DNA of 64,000 bases from a virus. Its lineage: Duplodnaviria > Heunggongvirae > Uroviricota > Caudoviricetes. Position numbers and translations under genes: made by a program. The DNA lies in IMG/VR virus record IMGVR_UViG_3300021168_000019, positions 26,672 through 90,671 of that record; one strand, 5' to 3'. Below the pieces are notes generated by a model, which did not search any database, was not told where the DNA came from, and saw only the letters and a program-made list of their open reading frames with translations. Positions 10,140 to 20,364 of this stretch are shown here, piece after piece. Within the stretch, counting starts at the first letter, position 1, and every line of letters begins with the position of its first letter.

Positions 10140-11333
10140 TTAGGGCAGGACTTGAACGTTCACGGTAGCGTAAATCTTACCCAAAGGTAGGTTACCCGCA
10201 AATGTATTTCCTGTGGTTCCTGATGTGTTGTTAAACGCCGGGAACGATACTTCAACTTCAACTCCGCCCGGAGCAACGGCGGTAATTACACCGGACGTTG
10301 ATACGGTAGCAACTGCTGTGCTTGTACCTGAAGGCTGATAGGTATTCCCGGTCAGGGTCTTTGCGGGGTAAGCCACATAAGTCAGCAGGTTGGACAGAGG
10401 AACACCCGTAGCCGTAGCTGCGTGCGTTTCCGAAACAGCCGCCGTGTTAGCAAGAGTAAGTGTAGTGCTGCCGTTATTAGCAGTAGCTACGAACGTACCG
10501 TTGTTTGCAGGAGTTGTTACGAATCCTGTTACAGTGAATGTCTTACCTACGAGACTGCTTGCGGCTACGCCAATGGTTCCCGTATAAACTGCTACACCAC
10601 CGCTTGTGGTAGCTACTGATGTAAGAGTGAATACAGGTTCACTTGATTCCTGAGAAGTTGCAGATGCTGTAGCAGTTTCCGAGACAGCAAAGTTGTTCTC
10701 AAGAGTGATTGTGGTGCTGCCGTTGTTCGCTGTGCAAATGAATGTACCGTTATTCGAAGGGTTAGTTACGAATCCAGCAATAACAAATGTTTGACCAACA
10801 AGGCTGTTCGCCTTCACGCCGATAGTACCAGTGTATACGGCTGTTCCTTCTTCCGAAGTTGCAGTTCCCGCATGAGTTTCTGCCGTCGCACCTACGTTAG
10901 CCAGTGTAAGAGCAAGTGTGGTTGATGCCACACAAACGAATGTACCATTGTTGTTAGCACCGGTAAATCCTGCAACAGTAAATAGCAAACCTACAAAAGC
11001 GTTTGAACCGCCGCTTGTGATAGTACCAGCGTAAACAGCATCACCATTTACAGATGCCGCAACTGAAGTCAGAGTCAGTGACCCCGGTGAAGAGTTGGCG
11101 ACACTGGTAATTGCGAATACGGTGTCTGTGCTAGGATCATAAGCTGCACCTGAAGCATCCTGAATTTGTGGGTTCAACTGGAAAGTTGTCTGTCCGTTAG
11201 TTCCGCCCACTGAAAGGGTCACGTTGTTGTAACCGGGCTTAGTACTTGTTCCTAGATTGCCCTGCACTGCAATCTTAGCAGCTACACCAAGACCGGTAGT
11301 TTGTGCAGGATAAGATTCTTGAATATTAGCCAT
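10140..11333 (-). CDS. structural protein with three tandem ~90-aa Ig-like repeats (decoration or tail protein?)
   Basis: 397 aa; repeats ...TF(V/T)(I/V)AGFVTxPxNNGTF(I/V)xTANNGSTTxTLxN..AVSET..A.AT... x3. Confidence 0.4.
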   Translation of the reverse strand: MANIQESYPAQTTGLGVAAKIAVQGNLGTSTKPGYNNVTLSVGGTNGQTTFQLNPQIQDASGAAYDPSTDTVFAITSVANSSPGSLTLTSVAASVNGDAVYAGTITSGGSNAFVGLLFTVAGFTGANNNGTFVCVASTTLALTLANVGATAETHAGTATSEEGTAVYTGTIGVKANSLVGQTFVIAGFVTNPSNNGTFICTANNGSTTITLENNFAVSETATASATSQESSEPVFTLTSVATTSGGVAVYTGTIGVAASSLVGKTFTVTGFVTTPANNGTFVATANNGSTTLTLANTAAVSETHAATATGVPLSNLLTYVAYPAKTLTGNTYQPSGTSTAVATVSTSGVITAVAPGGVEVEVSFPAFNNTSGTTGNTFAGNLPLGKIYATVNVQVLP

Positions 11334-11345
11334 TATATCTCCTGA

Positions 11346-11885
11346 TTACCCCAACCAAGTAAAACGAACCTTGATATTGTAGGTTAATGCTGTTCCGCTA
11401 CCGGCAGCATAGCTTGTCGTAGCAACGACGATGTTTGTACCACCCTTTGCGTTTGCGTATAGAATACCTTGGTTGACAACGCCAGCCGCAGATACACTTC
11501 CAACAGATGCAAGAGTGTTTGTTACTGAAGTACCAAGGTCAATATCCGTAAATGTCACGGTTACCGCAGGCAGTGTAGCGCCTGTTGGGGTATTTGACGA
11601 TACTTCATAAATTTCAACGCTATATAGGCCACCTAGGCTGGCAGGAACGGCAAACGTTGACACGTTGGCTACGTTAGCTGACTGATTCAATAGAAATGCC
11701 TTTTGTAGCATTGAGGGGACTCCGGGTTGCCATCCATTTCCGGCACTTAGATACAGAACGTTATTGACTGTATCAATGGCGACGTTAGGGGCAATTGGAC
11801 TTCCACCCGCTGCCGTAGCACCTAATGAAAGGGGCGACCCTTGGAAAACTTGATTAAGCAGACTCATTTTTCTCCTTTTTACCAA
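11346..11885 (-). CDS. hypothetical virion protein
   Basis: 179 aa directly downstream of capsid candidate. Confidence 0.3.
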   Translation of the reverse strand: MVKRRKMSLLNQVFQGSPLSLGATAAGGSPIAPNVAIDTVNNVLYLSAGNGWQPGVPSMLQKAFLLNQSANVANVSTFAVPASLGGLYSVEIYEVSSNTPTGATLPAVTVTFTDIDLGTSVTNTLASVGSVSAAGVVNQGILYANAKGGTNIVVATTSYAAGSGTALTYNIKVRFTWLG

Positions 11886-11919
11886 AGAACAAGGGGCATA
11901 ATTAAATGCCCCTCATTGG

Positions 11920-12954
11920 TTAGCTAATGGCGCTAGCTGCATCAATCTCACGGATACGGATAGTGGTATCAGGTCCAAGAGATGTGGTGAAGTGAACACG
12001 ATAGCTTGTCCATCCGGGGATTAGACCTTCAGGATCAGCAACAGTTGGCTCTGCGTTCTGCACAATGTTGCACTTAATGTTCTGCCATTCACCGTCGCCG
12101 AAGCCGGTATCACCCTGCGCTCCAAGCTTGATGCTAAAGATACCGTCACGTCCGAAGATGTAGGTACGAAGCGCGGTTAGACCGGTTACGCCCTTGTAGT
12201 TCGAAGTGCTAGTAACTTGGTTAGTCTGGAAGAAACGAACACCGGTTGAAGGCAGTTCGATCATTTCTGTTAGGTCAACAGAGATTAGGTCTTCCATACG
12301 TGCTAGACCAACTGGGGTGTGCTTCAGGATGTCGATTGGGGAATCGTTGCTGTTATCAGCAAGCACGTCGCCAAGGGCGAACGGGTGGATTACACCGCAG
12401 AAAGACTTTGAAGCTTCATCGAACGGACGAACCGAACGACCAGCTAGGCTCTGAACAGAGTTACGAATCTGGTTAAGGCTCAGAGTGGTGAATGAAGTTG
12501 TTGAAGTTGCACCTAGAGATACCAGAACGCTAGAGTCAACAGCGTTTGCACCGTCAGCAGTTGCACGGACAAGAGCGCTTAGAGACTCACCAAGGCGATA
12601 TGCAAGTTCACGAGCAACGTTCTCTACAGTGTTGTCAATTGCCGTAGCAAGAGATAGACTTGAGAAGTTGGCGTAGTCGGCATATTCACCGATAGTTGCA
12701 GTAGTAGTCAGCACGTTAATGCTGATACCGCTACCTACTGTACCTTCAGTTGTCTGCGTAGTGTTTGCAGCGAACGGAACGTACATGAACATTTCGTACT
12801 GGTTACCACTCTTCATAGGAAGGTCCAGACGTTCTGAACATGCTACGAAGGGGGTTTGTGCCTTCAGGTTTTCACGGAACTTTTTGTCGTAGTAACGTAC
12901 CGTTGACTGAGGCAGATTTGACTGACTAATACTTGATGGACTGTATGCGGCCAT
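11920..12954 (-). CDS. major capsid protein candidate
   Basis: 344 aa; position after terminase-portal-scaffold; strong GGAGG-like RBS; no motif-level confirmation possible. Confidence 0.5.
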   Translation of the reverse strand: MAAYSPSSISQSNLPQSTVRYYDKKFRENLKAQTPFVACSERLDLPMKSGNQYEMFMYVPFAANTTQTTEGTVGSGISINVLTTTATIGEYADYANFSSLSLATAIDNTVENVARELAYRLGESLSALVRATADGANAVDSSVLVSLGATSTTSFTTLSLNQIRNSVQSLAGRSVRPFDEASKSFCGVIHPFALGDVLADNSNDSPIDILKHTPVGLARMEDLISVDLTEMIELPSTGVRFFQTNQVTSTSNYKGVTGLTALRTYIFGRDGIFSIKLGAQGDTGFGDGEWQNIKCNIVQNAEPTVADPEGLIPGWTSYRVHFTTSLGPDTTIRIREIDAASAIS

Positions 12955-13139
12955 GTTAGTCTTCCTTTTTTAGTGGAATTCCTACTATTCCTCCCAGAAT
13001 AGAAATCCATGTCCTTATGCGTCATCTACTCACATCAGTAATCCGACTGTGCTATTCGATGCCCTTTGTTAAGACTTCAACTAAGGTTGCCTCACGCTCA
13101 TTGGTGGCTCTACTGTAATCCGACAGCGAATGCCCTATC

Positions 13140-13589
13140 TTAAAACTGTGCTAGTGGACGGCTACTTTTATACATGCATAACGCATGTTTAGCCCATCCA
13201 TAGTAATTCGGGTCTACCCAACCAACTCTGTATCCTAAGTCGAAATACAGCTTTTGAGCGGGGTTATCCGATTGAACCTGAAGCCAGAAAATAGTGCTCT
13301 CAGGTTTTTGATTCATTCCAAATAATTCTTCAAACTTTGCAAATAGAAGCTTTGCAATTCCTTTACCACGATAGGCAGGATCAACGGCTACATTATTTAC
13401 ATAAGGTGTGTTGTGCTTCATCTTGCCGATTAGGAATCCGACAATTACGTCATCCTCAATAGCTACCCAAGCTTTGCCATCTGTAATACTATCTAGGACA
13501 AACTTCCTAGTAGCTGGCGCATCGAAGGATGCATCGTTAATCTGCATTACGCGGTCAAAATCTTTAGCTTCGAAGTCTCTGATTACCAT
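13140..13589 (-). CDS. GNAT family N-acetyltransferase
   Basis: 149 aa; GNAT motifs VAVDPAYRGKGIAKLL and QVQSDNPAQKLYFDLGY. Confidence 0.65.
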   Translation of the reverse strand: MVIRDFEAKDFDRVMQINDASFDAPATRKFVLDSITDGKAWVAIEDDVIVGFLIGKMKHNTPYVNNVAVDPAYRGKGIAKLLFAKFEELFGMNQKPESTIFWLQVQSDNPAQKLYFDLGYRVGWVDPNYYGWAKHALCMYKSSRPLAQF

Positions 13590-13590
13590 G

Positions 13591-14535
13591 TTAACCTCTC
13601 GGCTTTCTGGCTTCAGTTTCCAACTTCTCTACCTTCTTACCAAATTCACGGTCAGTAAGCAGACGGCGCTTGTACTCTTCTCCCGGCATGGCATTAATTG
13701 CTGCCAGTCCAGTTAGCACTCTCTTCTGTCCACCAACGGTAAGTTCATAAGTTATATCGCTTCCTGTTTTCACTAGTACACCGGAGTCAGATGCTTCTTC
13801 CCTAGTTAGGCCAGTGGGAATGCGAACTACCGGAACTACCGGAACAGGTTCAACCACAACGGGTTCTACCGGAACAACTACAGGTTCTACGGGAGCAACC
13901 GGCTCAGGCGGCAACGCTGCACCTTCAATAAGGATACCTTGCGCCTTAAGCGTATCGTATGCCTTTTGGAAGTTATCCTTGACAGGAGCAAGATTGTAGC
14001 GTACAATCCAACTAGCCAATGCTTCAAAGTTCTCTTGACACTTGTAATAGTCAGGATTCTCCGCGACGAATGCATTAGCTTCTACCTTGGCTCTTAGACT
14101 AATGTTGTCCTGCTGAATGGTCTGCATCGTTCTGCCGATTTGTGACAGCGGTGCGCCAAGCTGCGCTTCTACTAGAGCGGAAGCCGCTTCAGCAGAAGTT
14201 GTAGGATCGAGTAGTCTACGCGAAATATCGTACCGCTCGTCCTGTGTAAGTTCACGAGGATTGAATTCCAGAGGATCACTAAAGCGCTGTGCATTCTCGG
14301 GAACTACTTCATCCTCACCAATACCAAGACGGCCTTTCTTTGTCTCCTGACGTAGCTTACGAATTAGAAGTGTATTCTGCGTGCGTAGCTTGTCCACTAG
14401 CTCATCTTGAGTAGTGTACTTGATTACTTGTTTTCCACCAATAGGTCTGCCTTCTTCATCGGTAGGCTGATACGTATATGTCTTTTCGATTAGCTGTTCG
14501 CTCACGATTGTTTCCCTCCAGAAACATGAGGGCAA
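13591..14535 (-). CDS. scaffolding-like protein with Pro/Val repeat tract
   Basis: 314 aa; charged helical N-part; PVEPVVVPVEPVVVEPVPVVPVV encoded by tandem ~9-nt repeats 13822-13900; between portal and capsid. Confidence 0.4.
   Translation of the reverse strand: MPSCFWRETIVSEQLIEKTYTYQPTDEEGRPIGGKQVIKYTTQDELVDKLRTQNTLLIRKLRQETKKGRLGIGEDEVVPENAQRFSDPLEFNPRELTQDERYDISRRLLDPTTSAEAASALVEAQLGAPLSQIGRTMQTIQQDNISLRAKVEANAFVAENPDYYKCQENFEALASWIVRYNLAPVKDNFQKAYDTLKAQGILIEGAALPPEPVAPVEPVVVPVEPVVVEPVPVVPVVRIPTGLTREEASDSGVLVKTGSDITYELTVGGQKRVLTGLAAINAMPGEEYKRRLLTDREFGKKVEKLETEARKPRG
13822..13900. repeat. tandem short (9-18 nt) imperfect repeats inside scaffold-like gene
   Basis: ggaactaccggaactaccggaacagg...ggttctaccggaacaactacaggttctacggg periodicity. 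Confidence 0.6.
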
Positions 14536-14927
14536 ATTCCCCCATTTCGTTCTCTACCCATGTTGCAATTAAAACATAAGATTCTATATCTATCTTGCGG
14601 GTAGTTCAGTTCCCTTAATTTTCGGTAAATGTGTTTGCCTTTTCCAGACTCACGGCGTTCTATATTTCCATCGTTAAATATATGATCGATGGTGAAGAAG
14701 TATTTATTAGTTTCCCCACAACATGAGCACTTATTACCATAAGCCTGATATAGCTCATCCACAAGAGCACTCTGTATAGAAAAATCCCGTTCTTTGCGGC
14801 ATATTTTACAAGAGAAATAGTTATATAAAATATTACCGTCACTATCTTTGCGATGAAAATACTTAGTATCTTCTGTGAATACGTGACCGTTTTTACAATG
14901 AGTTCTGTTGAAATTGGGTTTTACCAA
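14502..14927 (-). CDS. HNH homing endonuclease
   Basis: 141 aa; HCKNGHVFTED zinc module; FTIDHIFNDGN...CFNCN. Confidence 0.65.
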   Translation of the reverse strand: MVKPNFNRTHCKNGHVFTEDTKYFHRKDSDGNILYNYFSCKICRKERDFSIQSALVDELYQAYGNKCSCCGETNKYFFTIDHIFNDGNIERRESGKGKHIYRKLRELNYPQDRYRILCFNCNMGRERNGGICPHVSGGKQS

Positions 14928-15280
14928 GGTTCCTCTTCCGTAATAGTTTCCTCACTAGTGTACTCACCAATGTCTATATTTTCTGCTGACTGTATCGGCT
15001 TGTCATTTGGGGCCGAATGGATGTACTCTTGAACTTCGTTGTTGATAGAGTTTACTACCCAAGTGTAAAACTGTGCTGCCGTTCTCGCTGCATTATGCCG
15101 CGCTAGAACTTCTTTCTCATTCTTCTGATCTGCGTTAATCATTTGAACTGCAAACTGATCTACGCCACTTCTGAAAATCTTCTGTAAAATCTTAAATCCC
15201 GGTTGGCTAACGAGAGCAGCTAGATATGCAACTTCCTCTCTTTCTAGCACAAGGTCAGGATTAAAACCAAACTCTTCCAT
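14921..15280 (-). CDS. hypothetical protein
   Basis: 119 aa between portal and HNH. Confidence 0.35.
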   Translation of the reverse strand: MEEFGFNPDLVLEREEVAYLAALVSQPGFKILQKIFRSGVDQFAVQMINADQKNEKEVLARHNAARTAAQFYTWVVNSINNEVQEYIHSAPNDKPIQSAENIDIGEYTSEETITEEEPW

Positions 15281-15481
15281 CGTCCCCTCCCAAGGATGAA
15301 GCTGGCGCTTTTGTAAGGGAAAAGCACCTGAAAACCCGGCTTTTGTGGGGTTCTTGAGATGACTCTAAGCGGTCACGTTTACACGTACACGCTTGGAAAA
15401 AGTACCCACCCATCTCGGCTTACGGACGTGATATACCCTCTCGTTTAATATGTCCCGGTTATCTGGCACATATCCATATTT

Positions 15482-17587
15482 TTATTGTACTTCAGGTTCG
15501 CCGCCGCCTAAACCTGCGTCAGTAGGAGAACCTTCGTTAGCTTCACCTTTTGCACTATTCAAAACTGCGCCTACAGTAAGTCTTTCTTGAATGCGTTGCT
15601 GAGTAGCTTCCGCCTGTAGCTTTGATTTCTGTTGTGCATTTTGTGCGCTAACTGCCTGTTGTGTTGCTAGTTTAGACTGTTGCTGTGCGGCCTGAGACTG
15701 TTGCTGTCTCTTCTGAATCATCTTAGGCGTCATAGGTTTGATGATGTCATCAATGTCCTTCCATTCTGAAGCTTCCATTTCCATCTTAATGATTCGCTTC
15801 CAATCAATATATTCTTCATTGATATCTGCTAGGAATTCAGATATGTTCGGATTCTCTAGAAGCTGAGTGATAAGAGTCATTGACTGACTCATAGTTCTCT
15901 TCGCAGCTAGTGACGCACCGGCTAGAGTTTCAAACTCAATCGCGCCGTCATGATATTCTTGCAAGTCTACTTCAAAGTCTTTACCGTGCTCTTCGCCTAG
16001 GATTCTATAAATCTCTGCGTCAGAGAAATATTCGAATACAAGCATGTCCAGAATGTACAGCCAAGGCTTGAAGACTTGCTCAATAAAGTTATCGAGTGGT
16101 CCATCAAGACGTGTAGCAGATGCTCCTGCTAGATTGGTAGCACCCGTTGCCGTGCGCCCCATTGACGATCTTGGGCCTGCTGATGAGCCTTGAATCAATT
16201 GACTATCGGCTCCTGAGCTACTTTCCGTAGCCTTTTCGGACTCCTGCAACGCGGACCAAATATCATTAGGAACTTTAGGACTTTCAAGTAACTTGTAAGC
16301 CTTATCAACTTCACCATCTACTGTCAGGATTTTACCCAATCCCGTGCGAATCATTTGAGTAGGCGCGTTTGAATCACGTCTACGCAAATAAATAGGATTG
16401 ACACCGAATGACAGGATTTTTAGAATTGCGTTGATAGTTCCCTGATCTACACGTTGATTCTGTCCAACAATCAGGCCAAGTCCCATTCCGTAAAATGCTC
16501 TTGGTCTATTCCACCAATTAGCTGAAAGGAAGGGGATAACTCCGAATTGATTGTCCTGTGCACAGATTTTCTTCTTACGCTGGACAACAATAATCTTTCT
16601 ACGCTTATCCCAGTACTCAAGAACTTCTAACTTCTTAAAGAGCACATCTGGGCTAACTTGAATGTTAATATCCTCTGAGTGATGTACGATACCTTTTACG
16701 TAAGTTGCTTGCTGACTTACAGATTCTCCAAGCTGACCGGCGTCTGTAGGAGGCATGAACCAACTCTTCAACTCAGATTCAGTAGGAAGTGTCCATCCCT
16801 CTTTATCAGGATGGTCATCAGGAAGAGTAGCAATACCTTTAATCAAATCTTGCAACTGATAAAAGTCCATGAAACGAACGTCAATTGCCCAATCTGCTCT
16901 ACGAATATCACCCACGCATGTATGAGGGTCTACCATTACTCTATCTACTGGACGGCTTTCGATGTAAGGTCTAGGCGCGTAGCGAGTAGAAATAGTGATA
17001 TCTGGCGCGTCTTCAGTAGGAATCATTGCGGTTCCCACCGCGCCTACTGGACCTGCTGAAAGTTTATGTACAGTTGCTTTTCTCTTCTTAGTAATAATCT
17101 TCTTGTACTTTATTCCCCACTTCCAAATACCTGTACCAAGATGGGCCATTTGTTCTAAGCCAATTTTAGTTTCCATCTTGAAGTCACATTGATCTAATAG
17201 AGTAGAAAACATGGCTGTCTTCGCGTCTATTACGTTCTGTGATGTTCCCGGACGGGGACGCAGGATCATTGGAGGGTCTTGGTAGAACAAACCCTTGTAT
17301 AATTGAGGAACAATACTATTTACTACCTTAGCGACTGTGAAACGCTGTACGTTAGGTTCTAGGATATATGTATTCTCGAACACTGACATTGGGCGCGGAC
17401 TTTGAAAAAGCAAATCCGCATCACGCCATAGTAGAGCATATTGCTTATTCTGAATAAATGCTTCGGCTTGACCGGCTGCACCTACTACAAGCGCAACTTC
17501 AGCGGCAGTATTTGTCAGATCACCTTGTGAATTGTAATCTGTGGGAATCAACTCCACTTTATTGTGCGCTTCATTTTCAAGCAACAT
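15482..17587 (-). CDS. portal protein candidate
   Basis: 701 aa; immediately downstream of terminase-like gene; Gln-rich C-terminus; size and position only. Confidence 0.5.
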   Translation of the reverse strand: MLLENEAHNKVELIPTDYNSQGDLTNTAAEVALVVGAAGQAEAFIQNKQYALLWRDADLLFQSPRPMSVFENTYILEPNVQRFTVAKVVNSIVPQLYKGLFYQDPPMILRPRPGTSQNVIDAKTAMFSTLLDQCDFKMETKIGLEQMAHLGTGIWKWGIKYKKIITKKRKATVHKLSAGPVGAVGTAMIPTEDAPDITISTRYAPRPYIESRPVDRVMVDPHTCVGDIRRADWAIDVRFMDFYQLQDLIKGIATLPDDHPDKEGWTLPTESELKSWFMPPTDAGQLGESVSQQATYVKGIVHHSEDINIQVSPDVLFKKLEVLEYWDKRRKIIVVQRKKKICAQDNQFGVIPFLSANWWNRPRAFYGMGLGLIVGQNQRVDQGTINAILKILSFGVNPIYLRRRDSNAPTQMIRTGLGKILTVDGEVDKAYKLLESPKVPNDIWSALQESEKATESSSGADSQLIQGSSAGPRSSMGRTATGATNLAGASATRLDGPLDNFIEQVFKPWLYILDMLVFEYFSDAEIYRILGEEHGKDFEVDLQEYHDGAIEFETLAGASLAAKRTMSQSMTLITQLLENPNISEFLADINEEYIDWKRIIKMEMEASEWKDIDDIIKPMTPKMIQKRQQQSQAAQQQSKLATQQAVSAQNAQQKSKLQAEATQQRIQERLTVGAVLNSAKGEANEGSPTDAGLGGGEPEVQ

Positions 17588-17595
17588 TGTAGCTC

Positions 17596-17826
17596 CTATA
17601 GGTCAATATCAACCCCTCTCATGATGATTTGTCTGCATAGATCGTAGTTTTCTACAGCACGACAGTACACGTCCAAAATGTACGTACTGAATACTACACT
17701 GTTGATGCTCTCTCCGGGAAAGTCCCTTTGAAAGCTGGCGATTACTGCTTTTCTAATCTCGTCACTCGTTCTTAAACGTGTACGCATGAAACCCTCCTCA
17801 GAACAAGTCAGATAAAGGGTCCACAT
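17596..17826 (-). CDS. hypothetical small protein
   Basis: 76 aa, overlaps terminase stop. Confidence 0.3.
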   Translation of the reverse strand: MWTLYLTCSEEGFMRTRLRTSDEIRKAVIASFQRDFPGESINSVVFSTYILDVYCRAVENYDLCRQIIMRGVDIDL

Positions 17827-19828
17827 AGGTATCAGCTATAGGAGAGGACGCTACCGATTGTTCTAACTGGTATGTTGTAGTCGGACTATCGCTCTGTTGT
17901 GCGTATTTTGCATACTTCCCTAAGCAGTACATTTGGTCATGCATGTCTTTAGATTTTTGATCGGCAACGAAGTTTGACTGATAAGAGTTAATTCGTTTAT
18001 CAACGTCTGCATAGCCAATGAATTGTTCCACAAGCAAGGATATGGCAGATACGATATCATCGTGCTTGTCGTCACTTGTTCCTGTGAACTTTTCCAATTC
18101 ATTGTATATCTCGTCCAGACCTTCACATGAGTTCAAGAAATATAAGCGTTCATCGCCAAGCAGTCTAAGGACTGGTTTAGCTTTCAATTGCTTTGATCTT
18201 AACTTTGAGCCTTTTCCTAACGAGATGAATTCAACCGGAACGGAAATCTTCATGTTATCCATTTCGCGGCGAAGTTCACGGGCCATCCATTTGACGCCTA
18301 CCGACTCTTCAATAGCTATGCTCTTCGGTTTCCACTTGTGAGCAACACCAGCTATTACCTTTGGTAGATCATATTCATTAAAGCGACCCCGCACCATATT
18401 GATGATATAGAATCTACCACCAAAAATGAGAGCAGTCATGATGACCGTGTAATCGGCCCATGATTTAATACTGTATGCAGTATCAACAGTCGTAACAATG
18501 ATTCCTTGTGGCGGAAACTGACTGTGCGGAATTGTACGTCGCATCAGTAGTTCTCTTGGAAATTTAACTCTGTTAATCTTTCTAGGGTTGTTTAGATACT
18601 TAATTGCAAAGTATCCAGTGTCCCCTTCCTCATCATCCAAGTCTGAGTCATCTACTTGCTTGCTTCTCAAAAACTCGTAACTAAGTCTCTCTGGGAACCA
18701 TAGCACCCAGTCCTTCTTAGTCATCTCCTCTTCAATCTTCCCGGCCTTAGTCGCTTCCTCAGTGGGCCACCAACATGCGCGTAGGTAAAGTTTGAATCCA
18801 AGATTTGCATTAAAACGTCCGCTATCTACAGAACCCTTGATAGACTCAAGAAGTCCTTCTTCCTTAGCGCGTTTCTCAATCTTCTTAATTGTCACACCGT
18901 AGTAATCACGTTCGTCGTACCATGTACCGATTACATCATAAAATCCGTTAGGATTCAATAGACCGTTATCAATACTGATTTGCTTGTTCGTGTCCTTGAT
19001 GCGGTTCTCTGTTTTTGTGTTTTCGTTAGTAACAACGTCATCAAGTTTTAATACGTTATAGTGACTACCTGACAAAGCCTGATCGATAGATGCGGCTCTG
19101 ACAGATGGTTCTTTTTGTTCTTCGGCGGCGGGAGTCTGAAATTCTAACTGGTTACCTTCAAGGGGAGACAGACAATGTTCAGGAAATAAGACTTGGAAAT
19201 AGCTGTCCGACCAATCGCCAGTTTGCTTATCCATGATTTGTCTTACGCCGTATTGTGCTTTCCCTTTTCCGTCTGTGCCGGTTTCTTGGTAAGTAAAATG
19301 CTTCTTCACTTCACCAACGAAGTCCTTTGCAAGTTGCAAAACTCCGGTCAGAATGGCGATTGTAATTGCGGGAAAACAAATTACCCACTGCACACAATCG
19401 GCCATGTTGAGAGAAGATTTAAATCCGCCTCTTGGAACTAATAACATTCTCTGTTTCAAATCTGTATATTGATCTGCGAAGTGGTCGAATGTTATGAATG
19501 TTGGGTCTTTCTGTACGAAGAATTCATTGCAGATATCTTCATGTGTATTTTCTGTAGTGGAGTTATAACTCTCTAGTAGGTGACATAGAAAATATAAGTT
19601 AGTCTGCGAAAGGAATCTATAACGGAGCATGGAGTTGACAGAATCTTCAGAATCATCCTTCGTCTTACTCAGCCAACTTTGAAGTACTTGCTTCTTTTGG
19701 GAATCCTTTAACTTCTGAAAACTCTTCTTAGCCTTTTCTAAGAATTCCTCATCGCTCAAATCTTTAAAATGATAATGTGGAAGATGTCTACACGTCTCGT
19801 ATAATTGTTTTAGATTTTCTAGACGCAT
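17798..19828 (-). CDS. terminase large subunit candidate
   Basis: 676 aa; Walker-A-like PRGGFKSS, acidic Walker-B-like VLKLDDVV, C-terminal nuclease-like IVTTVDTAYS...D; upstream of portal. Confidence 0.55.
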   Translation of the reverse strand: MRLENLKQLYETCRHLPHYHFKDLSDEEFLEKAKKSFQKLKDSQKKQVLQSWLSKTKDDSEDSVNSMLRYRFLSQTNLYFLCHLLESYNSTTENTHEDICNEFFVQKDPTFITFDHFADQYTDLKQRMLLVPRGGFKSSLNMADCVQWVICFPAITIAILTGVLQLAKDFVGEVKKHFTYQETGTDGKGKAQYGVRQIMDKQTGDWSDSYFQVLFPEHCLSPLEGNQLEFQTPAAEEQKEPSVRAASIDQALSGSHYNVLKLDDVVTNENTKTENRIKDTNKQISIDNGLLNPNGFYDVIGTWYDERDYYGVTIKKIEKRAKEEGLLESIKGSVDSGRFNANLGFKLYLRACWWPTEEATKAGKIEEEMTKKDWVLWFPERLSYEFLRSKQVDDSDLDDEEGDTGYFAIKYLNNPRKINRVKFPRELLMRRTIPHSQFPPQGIIVTTVDTAYSIKSWADYTVIMTALIFGGRFYIINMVRGRFNEYDLPKVIAGVAHKWKPKSIAIEESVGVKWMARELRREMDNMKISVPVEFISLGKGSKLRSKQLKAKPVLRLLGDERLYFLNSCEGLDEIYNELEKFTGTSDDKHDDIVSAISLLVEQFIGYADVDKRINSYQSNFVADQKSKDMHDQMYCLGKYAKYAQQSDSPTTTYQLEQSVASSPIADTYVDPLSDLF

Positions 19829-19845
19829 ACCCCTCCCAAGGTGCG

Positions 19846-20040
19846 TTACTTCCAGCTTTTCATAGTGTGAGCAAGATTCGCCATCTTTGCTACATGTTCA
19901 TTCTTACTATTCATCGCCGCTTGTAGCTTATCTGTAGGGATTGTTTCGCCTTCAGGTACGCCAAGTGCTCTGTGAAGTCCACCTTTATTAAGGTGCATCA
20001 CTACGCGATGATGTGAAAGTTTTACTGTTTCTTTTGCCAT
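19846..20040 (-). CDS. hypothetical small protein
   Basis: 64 aa. Confidence 0.3.
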   Translation of the reverse strand: MAKETVKLSHHRVVMHLNKGGLHRALGVPEGETIPTDKLQAAMNSKNEHVAKMANLAHTMKSWK

Positions 20041-20049
20041 TTCTACTCC

Positions 20050-20364
20050 TTACATACCGGGAGTTGGGGCGGCTGCTGGCGCTCCGGCCGCGGCTGGCGC
20101 TGCTCCACCTTGACCCGCATCTGCTTCCGCTTCACCGGGATTAGGTGTTCCCATGCTTTGCATCATGTGCTCTGCCATTGAATCCTGATCTGGCGTTACG
20201 TGTGTTTCCATAGGGTGATGATCTGGATGAGTGTGGTGATGTTCGTGAACATATCCGCCACTGTGAGCCTTCTTCGTCACGATATGACTAATCTCTTTCT
20301 TCGGTGCTTTTTCCTTACCACCAAGGGCTTCGGATGCGCCACGCATTGCGTCACTTGCTTTCAT
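20050..20364 (-). CDS. His-rich low-complexity protein (possible metal binding)
   Basis: 104 aa; HEHHHTHPDHHPMETH plus Ala/Pro-rich tail. Confidence 0.35.
   Translation of the reverse strand: MKASDAMRGASEALGGKEKAPKKEISHIVTKKAHSGGYVHEHHHTHPDHHPMETHVTPDQDSMAEHMMQSMGTPNPGEAEADAGQGGAAPAAAGAPAAAPTPGM

Noticed and set aside
16679-17192. Plus-strand ORFs inside the portal gene, and similar antisense ORFs inside polymerase, terminase and fibre genes
   Set aside because: They lie antisense to long, motif-bearing genes, have no RBS and have unnatural composition.
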